Assembly (NCBI GenBank): GCA_963827685.1
Contig: CAWHBU010000003.1
Location: 160,001-224,000 of the forward strand
Source of the DNA: an uncultured delta proteobacterium
GTDB taxonomy: Bacteria > Desulfobacterota > BSN033 > UBA1163
Length of the DNA stretch: 64,000 nucleotides
Direction of reading: 5' to 3'
Shown here: piece by piece, positions 19,282 through 29,303 of the stretch
Layout: the number at the start of each line of letters is the position of its first letter
Position numbering within the stretch: the stretch's first letter is position 1
Position numbers and translations under genes: made by a program
Notes under the pieces: model-generated
Told to the model about the DNA's origin: nothing
Seen by the model: only the letters and a program-made list of their open reading frames with translations
Database searches by the model: none

Positions 19282-20021
19282 TGCTGAAAAAGTTTCGGGC
19301 GGACCTCCACATTCATTCATGCCTTTCGCCTTGTGGAGATGAAGAGATGAGGCCTCGTGCCCTTGTGAACCAGGCGTTGGCCAAGGGTTTAGATATGATC
19401 GCCATCTGTGACCACAATTCAGCGGAAAATACGGCAGCCTTCATCAGTGCTGGAGATGAGAGGGGCCTTAAAGTGCTCCCCGGGATCGAAGTCACCTCAA
19501 AAGAGGAAATTCATCTCATTGCCCTGTTCGATACCCAAGAGGACTGTACAGCCCTTCAAAATCTGATTTACCAAAATCTTCCAGGTGAAAATGTAGAAGA
19601 GGTGTTTGGTCCTCAGACGGTGGTCAACGAATGGGATGAAACGGTAGGCATCAATCGGAGAATGTTGATTGGGGCGACCCTCCTTCCCCTTGAACAGATC
19701 GTCTCCGTGATTCATTCACTGGGGGGGGTGGCCATCGCCTCGCATATCGATCGCCAGGCGTTCAGTCTGCTTGGACAATTGGGATTCATCCCGGAGGGGA
19801 TACTCCTGGATGGATTGGAGGTCTCCTCTCGTACCTCCAAGGAGGAGGCGAAGAATCGATTTCATTCCTATCAACACTACTCCTTCGTTTGGTTCTCCGA
19901 TGCCCATTGTCTTGAGGACATCGGCAAAAGCACGACCCCCTTCCTTTTGAAAGAGACCACATCACGGGAAGTTAAAATGGCCCTTCATCGCAAAGAAGGA
20001 CGAAAGGTCATGGAGGCATAA
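19281..20021 (+). CDS. PHP-domain phosphoesterase
   Basis: DLHIHSCLSPC, ICDHN, GIEVTSKEEIH, SHIDR and SDAH. Confidence 0.9.
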   Translation: MLKKFRADLHIHSCLSPCGDEEMRPRALVNQALAKGLDMIAICDHNSAENTAAFISAGDERGLKVLPGIEVTSKEEIHLIALFDTQEDCTALQNLIYQNLPGENVEEVFGPQTVVNEWDETVGINRRMLIGATLLPLEQIVSVIHSLGGVAIASHIDRQAFSLLGQLGFIPEGILLDGLEVSSRTSKEEAKNRFHSYQHYSFVWFSDAHCLEDIGKSTTPFLLKETTSREVKMALHRKEGRKVMEA

Positions 20022-20041
20022 CACGTCGGTGAGAGGCAGGG

Positions 20042-20590
20042 TTGGAAGATCTCTCTCTCCATATACTGGACATTGTTGAGAATGCCATTTCGGCGAAGGC
20101 AAAAAAAATTGAGATCTGGGTGGTTGAAGAACCCAGGGAGGATCGGTTGACGATCGAAATCAAGGATGACGGAATCGGGATGGACGAAGAGGTCAGTCAA
20201 AAAGCGGTTGACCCTTTTTTTACCACCCGGTCTTCAAGGAGAGTGGGGTTAGGTCTTTCTTTCATGGCGCAAGCAGCTCAAGAGACAGGGGGCTCGCTTC
20301 GAATCGAGTCGACATTGGGAAAAGGCACAAAAGTGACGGCCACTTTCCAGTACCATCATATCGACAGAAAACCCTTGGGAAGCATGGTTGAAACGATGAT
20401 GACGCTCCTTATTGGAAATCCTGAATTGGACATTCTCTATACCCATCAGAAGGAGGAAAAGTCATACGTTCTCAGCAGTTCGTGGTTGAAAAATCACTTT
20501 AAAGATCGGTCCCTCGTCGATCCAGAAGTCATCCAATGGATGAAAACGCATCTCAAGGAGGGGCTGAAACAGATTGGAGTTCAGGGATGA
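20042..20590 (+). CDS. Histidine-kinase-like ATPase (HATPase_c only)
   Basis: LSLHILDIVENA, DDGIGMD, DPFFTTR..RVGLGL and HIDRKPLG. Confidence 0.88.
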   Translation: MEDLSLHILDIVENAISAKAKKIEIWVVEEPREDRLTIEIKDDGIGMDEEVSQKAVDPFFTTRSSRRVGLGLSFMAQAAQETGGSLRIESTLGKGTKVTATFQYHHIDRKPLGSMVETMMTLLIGNPELDILYTHQKEEKSYVLSSSWLKNHFKDRSLVDPEVIQWMKTHLKEGLKQIGVQG

Positions 20591-21066
20591 GGTTGGTAGA
20601 AGAGATTTCCCGAGCAGATTGGGAAAAGATTGACCAGGTGATCGATCGGTATAGAAAGAGGCCGGGGATCCTTATTCCAGTTTTAAAGGAGGTCCAGGAT
20701 ATCTGTGGATACCTTCCCAAAAAGGTCCAGCACCGGATTGCGCAGGGGCTTCAGCTTCCCGCTTCCCAGGTCTATGGAGTCGTCTCGTTTTATGCATTTT
20801 TTACAACGATTCCCAGGGGAAAACATATCATCAGGGTGTGCCTTGGAACGGCGTGCTATGTGAGAGGCTCCAAACAGATCCTGGACAATCTTCAAAGGGA
20901 ACTCCATGTTGAAGTCGGAGGGATCACACAAGATCGGAAATTTTCTTTGGAAGCTGTGCGATGCCTTGGGGCTTGCGGTTTAGCTCCGGTCATGGTCGTG
21001 GGGAGCGAGACGTACGGCATGATCAGTCCGGGTAAAGCGATTGAAATTGTAAGTTCTTATCGATAG
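20587..21066 (+). CDS. NuoE/HydC/HndA-like [2Fe-2S] subunit
   Basis: YGVVSFY, VCLGTAC and CLGACGLAP. ATGA overlap with the upstream stop. Confidence 0.92.
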   Translation: MRLVEEISRADWEKIDQVIDRYRKRPGILIPVLKEVQDICGYLPKKVQHRIAQGLQLPASQVYGVVSFYAFFTTIPRGKHIIRVCLGTACYVRGSKQILDNLQRELHVEVGGITQDRKFSLEAVRCLGACGLAPVMVVGSETYGMISPGKAIEIVSSYR

Positions 21067-21239
21067 GGGTGCACCACAGAAATAACGCTCTATTTCCCTG
21101 AACCATGTAAGGTTCAGGGCCAGTCATGCACCCCGCGTGGTGCATGGCAAAGAGCACTTGAATAGCTTATTTTGCTGGAAATAATCTTCTTCAAACATAG
21201 TTCCATTTATGGGGTACACCCCATAGGAGATGGATCGCG

Positions 21240-21623
21240 ATGGCTAAGTTAACCATTGAAGACTTGAAACGGATCAAGGAGGAAGTTCGCTCCACCACGG
21301 TTCTGAGGGAGGGAGGCTTCCGAGCAAAGGTCAACATCCACATGGGAACCTGTGGCATTGCTGCCGGGGCCAGAAAATTGATGTCCGCTGTTTTACAGGA
21401 GATCGAGGAGAAAAAAATCAAGGATGTCATGGTGACGACCTCCGGGTGTGCAGGGCTCTGTAGCCGTGAACCGATGGCCACCGTCGAAATTCTCGGGAAA
21501 CCCCCTGTAAAATATTGCGACCTCAATGAAGAGAGGATGAAGGAAATAATCGTTCGCCATGTCTTGAATGGGGAAATTGTTGAGGCCTATGCCCTGGCAA
21601 GGGGAAGTGAGACCACTTATTAA
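21240..21623 (+). CDS. Thioredoxin-like [2Fe-2S] ferredoxin (HndB/HydD-like)
   Basis: HMGTCGIAAGA and SGCAGLCSREP. Confidence 0.9.
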   Translation: MAKLTIEDLKRIKEEVRSTTVLREGGFRAKVNIHMGTCGIAAGARKLMSAVLQEIEEKKIKDVMVTTSGCAGLCSREPMATVEILGKPPVKYCDLNEERMKEIIVRHVLNGEIVEAYALARGSETTY

Positions 21624-21629
21624 TTCGGG

Positions 21630-21688
21630 GGTGGAAAGTAGAGAGTTGAAAGTGGTAAAAACCACATTCCACCTTCCGCTCTCCACCT
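21630..21688 (+). repeat. Empty inverted 7-mer array (GTGGAAA/TTCCACC family)
   Basis: gtggaaa gtagaga gttgaaa gtggtaa ... ttccacc ttccgct ctccacc. Confidence 0.7.
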
Positions 21689-21706
21689 GCAAAATAGGGT
21701 AAAAGG

Positions 21707-23494
21707 ATGAAAGCGTATCGAACTCATCTCATGGTATGTGCCGGAACAGGCTGTGTTTCCTGCGGTTCTTTGCAGTTGAGAGAACGGCTGGAAACAGAAT
21801 TGAAGAACCGGGGTCTTTCGGATGAAGTGAAGGTGGTGATCACAGGATGTAACGGCTTTTGCGCGGAAGGCCCGATCATGGTCGTTTATCCTGAAGGCAT
21901 CTTCTACAAAAAATTGACCCAGGAGGATATTCCTTTTCTCGTGGAGGAGCATTTCCTCAAAGGACGCCCCGTCCAGAAGTTTTTGTATACCGGACCGGCG
22001 GTCAAGGAAAAAGTCCCTCTGTTAAAGGACATTCCCTTCTTCGAGCATCAGGTGCTGAGGGCGCTCAGAAATCGAGGCTTGATCGATGCGGAGAATATCG
22101 ACGAATATATCGCCCGAGATGGGTATGCTGCCCTTTCTAAAGTCCTCTCTTCCATGAAGCCGGAAGAGGTGATCCAGGAAGTAAAAATCTCTGGATTGAG
22201 AGGCCGTGGGGGAGCCGGGTTTCCAACGGGTCAAAAATGGGAGGAGGGCCGGCGCTACGATTCTTTCCCAAAATATGTCATCTGTAACGGGGACGAAGGA
22301 GATCCGGGGGCATTCATGGACCGCTCCGTCCTGGAGGCAGATCCCCATTCGGTTTTAGAAGGAATGGCCATCTGCGGTTATGCCATTGACGCCCATCAGG
22401 GATATATCTATGTGAGAGCGGAGTATCCTCTGGCGATTCATCGGCTCAATATAGCCATTGAGAAGGCGAGAGACTATGGATTGTTGGGAAAAGATATTTT
22501 AGGGTCCGGTTTCGATTTTGATATCGGTATCTATCCGGGTGCAGGGGCCTTTGTCTGTGGAGAATCGACCGCACTCATGTATTCCCTGGAAGGGAAGCGT
22601 GGAATGCCTCGAATTAAACCCCCAAGGTCCACAGAGGCTGGTCTATGGAGCCAACCCACGGTTCTCAACAACGTAGAGACCCTTGCCAATGTTCCTCCCA
22701 TCCTCTTAAATGGCGGACAGTGGTTCGCCTCTCTCGGAACGGAGGGATCGAAGGGGACGAAGGTCTTCGCCCTCACCGGTACCGTCGAAAACGTGGGACT
22801 GATCGAGGTCCCCATGGGAACCACACTTCGAAAGATCATCTACGATATTGGAGGAGGCATCTCTGATAAAAGAGAGTTTAAAGCGATCCAAATCGGAGGA
22901 CCTTCCGGGGCCTGCCTCCCAGCATCCTTATTGGATCTGGAGGTCGATTTTGACTCCCTCGATGAGGCCGGGGCCATGATGGGCTCCGGTGGTCTGGTCG
23001 TCACGAACGATTCGACCTGCATGGTCGATACCGCCCGGTTCTTCACCGATTTTTCTGTCGATGAATCCTGCGGCAAATGCGTCCCCTGTCGCGTGGGAAT
23101 GAAAGTGATGCTCAACATTCTTAATCGCATTACGATGGGACAGGGAACGATGGAGGACATCGGGCATTTGGAACGATTGGGCCAACATATCAAAGATAGC
23201 TCCCACTGCGGTTTGGGAAAAACAGCCCCGAATCCCGTACTTTCCACGATCCGCTATTTTCGAAATGAATATGAGGCCCATATCCTGGAGAAGAGATGCC
23301 CTGCCCTGGTCTGCACGAGTCTTATAAAATTTCGGGTCGATCCTGAAAAGTGCAAGATGTGCGGCCTCTGCAAGAAGGCATGCCCGATGGAGGCAGTCAC
23401 GTGGGAGAAAAAGGCGCCTGCTGTCATCGACGTGGAGAAATGCATTCGTTGTCGGTCTTGTATCCAGGCCTGTAAGTTTAGAGCGATCGAATAA
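21707..23494 (+). CDS. NuoF/HydB/HndC-like FMN/NADH-binding subunit with N-terminal 2Fe-2S and C-terminal 2x4Fe-4S
   Basis: GRGGAGFPTG, NGDEGDPGAFMDR, GAGAFVCGE, GTKVF, GGPSG, ESCGKCVPCR and two CxxCxxCxxxC motifs. Confidence 0.94.
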   Translation: MKAYRTHLMVCAGTGCVSCGSLQLRERLETELKNRGLSDEVKVVITGCNGFCAEGPIMVVYPEGIFYKKLTQEDIPFLVEEHFLKGRPVQKFLYTGPAVKEKVPLLKDIPFFEHQVLRALRNRGLIDAENIDEYIARDGYAALSKVLSSMKPEEVIQEVKISGLRGRGGAGFPTGQKWEEGRRYDSFPKYVICNGDEGDPGAFMDRSVLEADPHSVLEGMAICGYAIDAHQGYIYVRAEYPLAIHRLNIAIEKARDYGLLGKDILGSGFDFDIGIYPGAGAFVCGESTALMYSLEGKRGMPRIKPPRSTEAGLWSQPTVLNNVETLANVPPILLNGGQWFASLGTEGSKGTKVFALTGTVENVGLIEVPMGTTLRKIIYDIGGGISDKREFKAIQIGGPSGACLPASLLDLEVDFDSLDEAGAMMGSGGLVVTNDSTCMVDTARFFTDFSVDESCGKCVPCRVGMKVMLNILNRITMGQGTMEDIGHLERLGQHIKDSSHCGLGKTAPNPVLSTIRYFRNEYEAHILEKRCPALVCTSLIKFRVDPEKCKMCGLCKKACPMEAVTWEKKAPAVIDVEKCIRCRSCIQACKFRAIE

Positions 23495-23528
23495 GAAAAA
23501 CATTCCATAAGAAAGAGTTAAGCGCGAG

Positions 23529-26084
23529 ATGGGAACTCAAATGATCAAACTGAAGATTGATGAAATCGAGATTGAGGTTGAGAAAGGCAAGACGATTCTC
23601 GAGGCCGCTCAATCTGCGGGCGTCCGCATTCCCTCTCTCTGCCACGACCGAAGGCTCATTCCCTTTGGCGCTTGCCGTCTCTGTGTCGTCCAGCAAGAAG
23701 GAAAATCTGAACTCGTGCCATCCTGTTTCACCCCTGCGAGAAACGGGATGGAGATTCTTACCCAATCTCCAAAGATTTCTGAATCGAGACGGCTGCAGCT
23801 CCAATTCATTCTGCTCAACCATCCGATGGTCTGTCCCCGCTGTGAAAAAGAGGGCGAATGTGACCTCCAGAATTTGATCTATGAATATGGGGTGGAAGAG
23901 ACACGCTATCCATGGGAGCCAATGATATCTCCTGCGGACGATCGATCTCTCCTCCTCCAGAGAGATTCCAATAAATGTATCCTCTGTGGCCGGTGCGCTC
24001 GCATCTGTGATGAGGTTCAGGGAATAGGAGAACTCTCTTTTACCCGAAGAGGAATCAAGACGGCCATCGATACGGACTTTCATCGCCCCATCCAATGTGA
24101 ATTCTGCGGCCAATGCATGGATACCTGCCCGGTGGGGGCTATTACCAGCGACCGTTTCGACTATACGGCCAAATCTTGGGAGTTGAAGGAGACGACAACC
24201 CCCTGCCCTTACTGCGGATGTGGATGCCTTCTCACTATGGGTTCGAAAGATGGAGAAGTAAAAAGGGTTTTCTCCGACCCTGGCAGGGGCCCAAGCGATG
24301 GAAATCTTTGCGTCAAGGGAAGGTTTGGTTGGGACTTCGTCGACCATCCTGAAAGGATCAAGACCCCTCTTCTAAGAGTCAACGGGGCATTCAAAGAGGC
24401 CTCGTGGGATGAGGTTCTCCAGTTTATAACCAGCAAGCTTGAAGAAATTAAGAGCCAGTATGGTCCCCAAGCGATTGCCGCTATCGCCTCCGGTCGATTG
24501 ACCAATGAGGAATACTATCTGTTTCATAAGTTATTCCGAGAGGCAGTCGGAACGGATCAAGTCGGTTACGGCGGTGGCAGCGCCTACAGGGGCTTGACAG
24601 AGGGTTTGGCAAAGACATTGGGTATGGCCGCCTCCACCAATTCGATCCAAGAGATTCGGAAAGCCGATTGCATTCTCGTGATTGGTGTTGACCCTGCGGC
24701 CACACACCCGATCATCAAGAATGAGATCCATTTGGCAATCCGGCGGAACAGGACTCAGTTGATTGTGCTCGGTTCCCATGATATTGACCTCACCCGAGCC
24801 ACACAGATTTCTCCCATGTTTCATCCCAGTATCACTCTCATCGATAAACCTGGGATGGAGGTCTCCTTGCTCAACGCCATGATTGGAACTATATTGAGGG
24901 AAGGCCTTGAGGATAAAGATTTCATCGAAGAGAAAACCCAAGGGATAGAAGAATTGAAAAAGAAGATGGCCGTCTCCCCCGCTTCCAAAGATGAGTGGCT
25001 GGGAATCCTTCCGGAGGCAAAGAAGGCAGAAATTGAAAAGGCAGCCAGAGCATTTGCAAAAGCTAAAAAAGCCATGATTCTGATTGGCTCCGGTCTTTGG
25101 TCCCATATTCCTCCAAAAGAGACCGCCATGGCCGCCTCCAACCTTGCTCTGATCACAGGCCATCTCGGGAAGGAGTCCTCCGGGATTCTTCTCCTTCTGG
25201 ATAAATGCAATGCCCAGGGGGCCATCGATATGGGGGACGGCGCAAAAGGAGGAGCATGGGGATTGAAAGACCTCATCCAAAGGGCAGAGGAAGGCAAGCT
25301 AAGGGCCGTTTATATCGTCGGGGAAAACCCGCTCGTCACTTATCCCGATACCGATCAACTGAAGAAGGCATTGGAAAAAGTTCCGTGCCTCATCGTCCAG
25401 GACCTCTTCTTGACGGAGACGGCAAAGATGGCCCACGTCATCCTTCCTGCGAGTGCTTTTGTGGAAAAGAGCGGAACGTATACCAATCTGGAACGAAGGG
25501 TTCAGAAGTTAAATCCTCTTCGTCCGCCCCGCCACCAGTCAAAATCAGATTTTGAGATCTTCTTGAGCCTGTTGCGGCTTTTCGAGTACCCTGTTCCGGG
25601 AGAAACGCCTGAGGCCGTCTTTGAAGAGATTTGCCGTCAGATCCCTCATTACCGAGGGATTCAGGATGGAAAGCAATGGCCGGATAACGCCTCTTACCTC
25701 TATGCTGACGGGTTTCCAAATGGAAAGGCGAAACTGATACCGGTTGGAAAAACACCGGGTCCTCCAATTCCAGAAGGTTATCCTTTCCAACTGATTCAGA
25801 GGCCTTCCCTTTTCCAATCGGGGTTTCTCAGTTCAAAGAGCGACGCTTTGAAAATGGTCTCTGAAAAGCCTACCCTGGAAATAAACATCGAGGATGCCCG
25901 AGCGCTCAAGATCGAAGAGGAAGAAGTCATCCAGGTCTCAGCCCATGGGGGACGTTCTTTCAGGATGAGAGCGAAACTTTCCTCAATGTCCTCTCCCGGG
26001 GTAATCACTGTTCCTTATCCCTGTCCCCTCGTTGATGATAGGGGTATCAGTTCCGTCAAAATCGAAAGGTTAAAAGCAATCTAA
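23529..26084 (+). CDS. NuoG/FdhA-like molybdopterin-oxidoreductase-fold Fe-S protein lacking the Mo/W-ligating Cys/Sec
   Basis: 2Fe-2S, HxxxCxxC, 2x4Fe-4S and CPYCGCGC..LCVKG. The FdhA segment NxDxCARxC/UH is replaced by DQVGYGGGSAY. Confidence 0.85.
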   Translation: MGTQMIKLKIDEIEIEVEKGKTILEAAQSAGVRIPSLCHDRRLIPFGACRLCVVQQEGKSELVPSCFTPARNGMEILTQSPKISESRRLQLQFILLNHPMVCPRCEKEGECDLQNLIYEYGVEETRYPWEPMISPADDRSLLLQRDSNKCILCGRCARICDEVQGIGELSFTRRGIKTAIDTDFHRPIQCEFCGQCMDTCPVGAITSDRFDYTAKSWELKETTTPCPYCGCGCLLTMGSKDGEVKRVFSDPGRGPSDGNLCVKGRFGWDFVDHPERIKTPLLRVNGAFKEASWDEVLQFITSKLEEIKSQYGPQAIAAIASGRLTNEEYYLFHKLFREAVGTDQVGYGGGSAYRGLTEGLAKTLGMAASTNSIQEIRKADCILVIGVDPAATHPIIKNEIHLAIRRNRTQLIVLGSHDIDLTRATQISPMFHPSITLIDKPGMEVSLLNAMIGTILREGLEDKDFIEEKTQGIEELKKKMAVSPASKDEWLGILPEAKKAEIEKAARAFAKAKKAMILIGSGLWSHIPPKETAMAASNLALITGHLGKESSGILLLLDKCNAQGAIDMGDGAKGGAWGLKDLIQRAEEGKLRAVYIVGENPLVTYPDTDQLKKALEKVPCLIVQDLFLTETAKMAHVILPASAFVEKSGTYTNLERRVQKLNPLRPPRHQSKSDFEIFLSLLRLFEYPVPGETPEAVFEEICRQIPHYRGIQDGKQWPDNASYLYADGFPNGKAKLIPVGKTPGPPIPEGYPFQLIQRPSLFQSGFLSSKSDALKMVSEKPTLEINIEDARALKIEEEEVIQVSAHGGRSFRMRAKLSSMSSPGVITVPYPCPLVDDRGISSVKIERLKAI

Positions 26085-26147
26085 GTGATCCTTCTCTCCT
26101 CTCTTGCCAAAGAAGGGAGAGAGGATTCTAAGAAAGGGGGAAATTGA

Positions 26148-26939
26148 ATGAACATTATCGTGTGTGTCAAGAGGGTCCCAGAAACAGCGGATGCGGACGT
26201 CATCATCGACAAATCAGGGAAAGACATTGAAAAGAGCGGATTGGTCTTCGATCTCAATGAGTGGGACAATTATGCCATTGAGGAAGCGATTCTGCTGAAG
26301 GAAAAAATGGGCGGAACCGTGACGGTAATCTCCATGGGAGGGGAAGAATCGAATGAATCCCTGCGGAAATGTCTGGCCATGGGCGCCGATGATGCCGTGC
26401 GGTTGACCGATCCTGCCTTCGCGGGATCGGATGGATTTGCTACGGCGAGGGTGTTGTCAGAGGCAGTCCGAAAAATTCCTCATGACCTTGTCTTCACAGG
26501 CGTACAGGCCGAAGATGATGGGTTTGGACAAGTGGGAGTTGCCTTGGCCGAAATCTTAGGGGTTCCTCATGTCTCTCTCGTCAACTCTCTCGAAGTCCAG
26601 GATAAGAAGCTGAAGGCCCACCGAGAACTGGAAGGGGGATTAGAGGAGGTGGTTGAAGTCGGCCTTCCCGCTGTCCTGACGATTCAAACTGGAATCAATC
26701 AACCCCGCTATGTCTCGATCATGGGTATTCGAAAGGTGGCTAAAAAAGAGATTAAGTCTTTAGGTGTCTCGGATCTCAATCTGAAGGCGGAAGAGGTTGG
26801 CCTTTCCGGCTCGCATATTAAGTTGGAAAAGATCTTTCTTCCTCCGGTGGGTGAGGGAGCACAGATGTTGCAGGGAAAACCGGAAGAGATAGCATCCAAG
26901 GTTTTCAATATTCTGAAGGACAAAGGAGGGCTCACCTAA
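26148..26939 (+). CDS. etfB: Electron transfer flavoprotein beta subunit
   Basis: IIVCVKRVP, LAMGAD and INQPRYVS. Confidence 0.93.
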   Translation: MNIIVCVKRVPETADADVIIDKSGKDIEKSGLVFDLNEWDNYAIEEAILLKEKMGGTVTVISMGGEESNESLRKCLAMGADDAVRLTDPAFAGSDGFATARVLSEAVRKIPHDLVFTGVQAEDDGFGQVGVALAEILGVPHVSLVNSLEVQDKKLKAHRELEGGLEEVVEVGLPAVLTIQTGINQPRYVSIMGIRKVAKKEIKSLGVSDLNLKAEEVGLSGSHIKLEKIFLPPVGEGAQMLQGKPEEIASKVFNILKDKGGLT

Positions 26940-27922
26940 TGAAGAAGATCATCGCCTTAGCAGAACATCGACAAGGAGAATTGCGAGATATAACATGGGA
27001 GGTTCTATCTAAAGGAAGACAATTAGCCGAGGGTATGGGTGCAGAGATCGAGGTCGCTCTTTTGGGCAAAGGTGTGAAGAAATTGGCAGAAGCCCTCAAA
27101 CCAAAAGCCAACAGGGTGCTTCTCATCGAAGATGACCGTCTTGAGGCCTTCAACTCAGAGACTTATCAGAAAGTCCTCACCCAACTGATCATAGAAAGGA
27201 AGCCATTTCTGACCCTGATCGGACACACGGCCATGGGAATGGATGTCGCTCCGGCATTAGCTGTTCAACTGAAGATGCCTATTGCCACAGACTGCATCGG
27301 GGTCGATGTGGCGGGAGAGACCTTTGCACTCACCCGTCAACTTTATGGAGGAAAGGTCAATGCAGCCGTTTCCTTCTTGAAGAGCGGGCCCTACATGATT
27401 ACCCTGCGGTCCGGTGGTTTTCCCGCAGTGGAAAAGGAACCTTTCCCAGGTGAAATCGTCACTGTTCCCTCTCCATTGACAGACGAAGGTCTGGCCAGAC
27501 GTTTTCTCCAGTATGTGGAGGCAGCAGTGGGTGAAGTGGATATCACCCAAGCCGATGTGTTGGTCTCCGTAGGAAGGGGAATTAAAGAAGCAGAGAATAT
27601 ACCGCTTGTAAAAGAGTTGGCCGATATGTTGGGAGCGGCGCTCTCCTGTTCCAGACCTGTTGTGGATAAGAAGTGGTTGCCTAAAGACCGTCAGGTAGGA
27701 ACTTCAGGCAAGACCGTGAAACCGAAGGTTTACATTGCCATTGGCATTAGTGGTGCTTTCCAGCATGTGGCAGGGATGAAAGGTGCGGGGACGGTGATCG
27801 CGATTAATAAAGATCCAAAAGCCCCTATCTTTGGTGTTGCCAACTATGGCATCGTGGCGGACTTGTTCAAGTTTGTTCCTGTTTTGAAAGAGAGGGTCAA
27901 AGAGCTCAAACAGAAAAGTTAA
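26939..27922 (+). CDS. etfA: Electron transfer flavoprotein alpha subunit
   Basis: LVSVGRG, CSRPVVD and [25 protein letters not shown]. Confidence 0.93.
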   Translation: MKKIIALAEHRQGELRDITWEVLSKGRQLAEGMGAEIEVALLGKGVKKLAEALKPKANRVLLIEDDRLEAFNSETYQKVLTQLIIERKPFLTLIGHTAMGMDVAPALAVQLKMPIATDCIGVDVAGETFALTRQLYGGKVNAAVSFLKSGPYMITLRSGGFPAVEKEPFPGEIVTVPSPLTDEGLARRFLQYVEAAVGEVDITQADVLVSVGRGIKEAENIPLVKELADMLGAALSCSRPVVDKKWLPKDRQVGTSGKTVKPKVYIAIGISGAFQHVAGMKGAGTVIAINKDPKAPIFGVANYGIVADLFKFVPVLKERVKELKQKS

Positions 27923-28033
27923 GAGTTCGCCTGCCTGCCGGTAGGCAGGGAGTTGGGAGTTCGGAGTCAAAACCTAACCACTACTAATTCTTCTAACGAT
28001 TTTCTCCGAACTCCGAACTAATCACTCCGAACT
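27917..28033 (+). repeat. Inverted AGTTCGG/CCGAACT array interrupted by the 20-nt palindrome
   Basis: agttaag agttcg[insert]g agttggg agttcgg ... ccgaact ccgaact aatcact ccgaact. Confidence 0.85.
27930..27949. mobile_element. 20-nt palindromic micro-insertion CCTGCCTGCCGGTAGGCAGG, copy 1
   Basis: Identical to 36126-36145. Removal restores the AGTTCGG unit. Confidence 0.75.
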
Positions 28034-28048
28034 GGGATAGGGTTAGGA

Positions 28049-29203
28049 ATGGATTTTGAATTGACAGGAGAGCAGAAGGACATTCAGAAGGCTGCCAGGG
28101 AGTTCGCCCAGGGGGAGTTCGACAAGGAGAAGATCCTGGAGTGGGAGCAAAACCATACCTTTCCCAAGGAACTCTGGAAGAAGGCCTGTAAATTGGGGTT
28201 CGTAGGCATTCACTTTCCCGAGGAATACGGGGGCCAGGGTTATGGGATCACTGAAAATATCCTGATCGTTGAAGAACTCTGTCGGAAAGACTCCGGAGTC
28301 GGTATTGCTTTAAGCCTTGTTGATTTCTCCTCTGAGGTGGTCCTCCGCTTCGGGACCCATGAACAGAAGAAGAAGTATCTCATTCCGGTCACCAAAGGAG
28401 AATTTATCTCTGCCGGCGCCTACACAGAACCTGACCACGGGAGTGATATCACCCTGATGGCTACCACAGCGTTGAAACAGGGTGATTCCTTCGTGATCAA
28501 TGGGACAAAGACATTCATCACCAATGGAACGCTTGCAGACTTCTTCGTTGTTCTCTGCCAGACCGATTCCAATGCAAAACCCTCTTACCGCGGTCAATGC
28601 ACCATTCTCGTTGAAAAAGGGACAAAGGGGCTGGAGGCTACGGAGATCGCGCCTAAGATGGGCATCCGGATGACATCGACGGTTGAGCTCTCCTTCAATG
28701 ATGTCAAAGTTCCTTTGACCCACCTTCTGGGTAAGGAAAATAAGGGGTTCTATCAAGTTCTTGAATTCTTCGATGAGAGCCGGATTGAGATCGCTGCCCA
28801 GGCCCTTGGCATTGCTCAGGGAGCCTTTGATCGGGCCCTGGACTATGCAAAACAGAGAGAACAGTTTGGAAAGAAACTGGCCGATTTTCAGATCACCCAA
28901 CACAAGTTAGCGGATATGGCAACCAAGATTGAGACAGCCAGGCTCCTTGTCTACAAGGCTGCCTGGAACTATGACCAGAAGAGGATCGATCCAAAACTGA
29001 CCTCCATGGCCAAGATGTTTTCCGCGAAGACAGCGGTAGAGGTCGCTGATGAGGCCATCCAGATTTTCGGAGGTTATGGCTACATCACTGAATACGAAGT
29101 AGAGCGTTTCTATCGGGATGCGAAGATCACAGAAATCTATGAGGGTACGAAAGAGATCCAGAAGAATACGATCGCCTCTGCCTTGATTGGGAAATTGAAC
29201 TAA
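28049..29203 (+). CDS. Acyl-CoA dehydrogenase
   Basis: YTEPDHGSD, NGTKTFITNG, QIFGGYGY and IYEGTKEIQ. Confidence 0.92.
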   Translation: MDFELTGEQKDIQKAAREFAQGEFDKEKILEWEQNHTFPKELWKKACKLGFVGIHFPEEYGGQGYGITENILIVEELCRKDSGVGIALSLVDFSSEVVLRFGTHEQKKKYLIPVTKGEFISAGAYTEPDHGSDITLMATTALKQGDSFVINGTKTFITNGTLADFFVVLCQTDSNAKPSYRGQCTILVEKGTKGLEATEIAPKMGIRMTSTVELSFNDVKVPLTHLLGKENKGFYQVLEFFDESRIEIAAQALGIAQGAFDRALDYAKQREQFGKKLADFQITQHKLADMATKIETARLLVYKAAWNYDQKRIDPKLTSMAKMFSAKTAVEVADEAIQIFGGYGYITEYEVERFYRDAKITEIYEGTKEIQKNTIASALIGKLN

Positions 29204-29207
29204 ATAG

Positions 29208-29287
29208 GGTGACTCGTGACGGGTGTTGGTGAATGTTAAAACCTCAAAAAGGGTTTCGAATCACGACTCACGAATCACGATTCACGG
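29208..29287 (+). repeat. Inverted CGTGAY/TCACGAA array
   Basis: gtgactcgtgacgggtgttggtgaat ... tcacgac tcacgaa tcacgat tcacgg. Confidence 0.8.
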
Positions 29288-29303
29288 AAAAGAAAGTACT
29301 ATT

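Noticed and set aside
23529-26084. Formate dehydrogenase alpha, possibly with Sec, or [FeFe]-hydrogenase
   Set aside because: No in-frame TGA, no Cys/Sec-His at the metal-ligand position and no H-cluster motifs.
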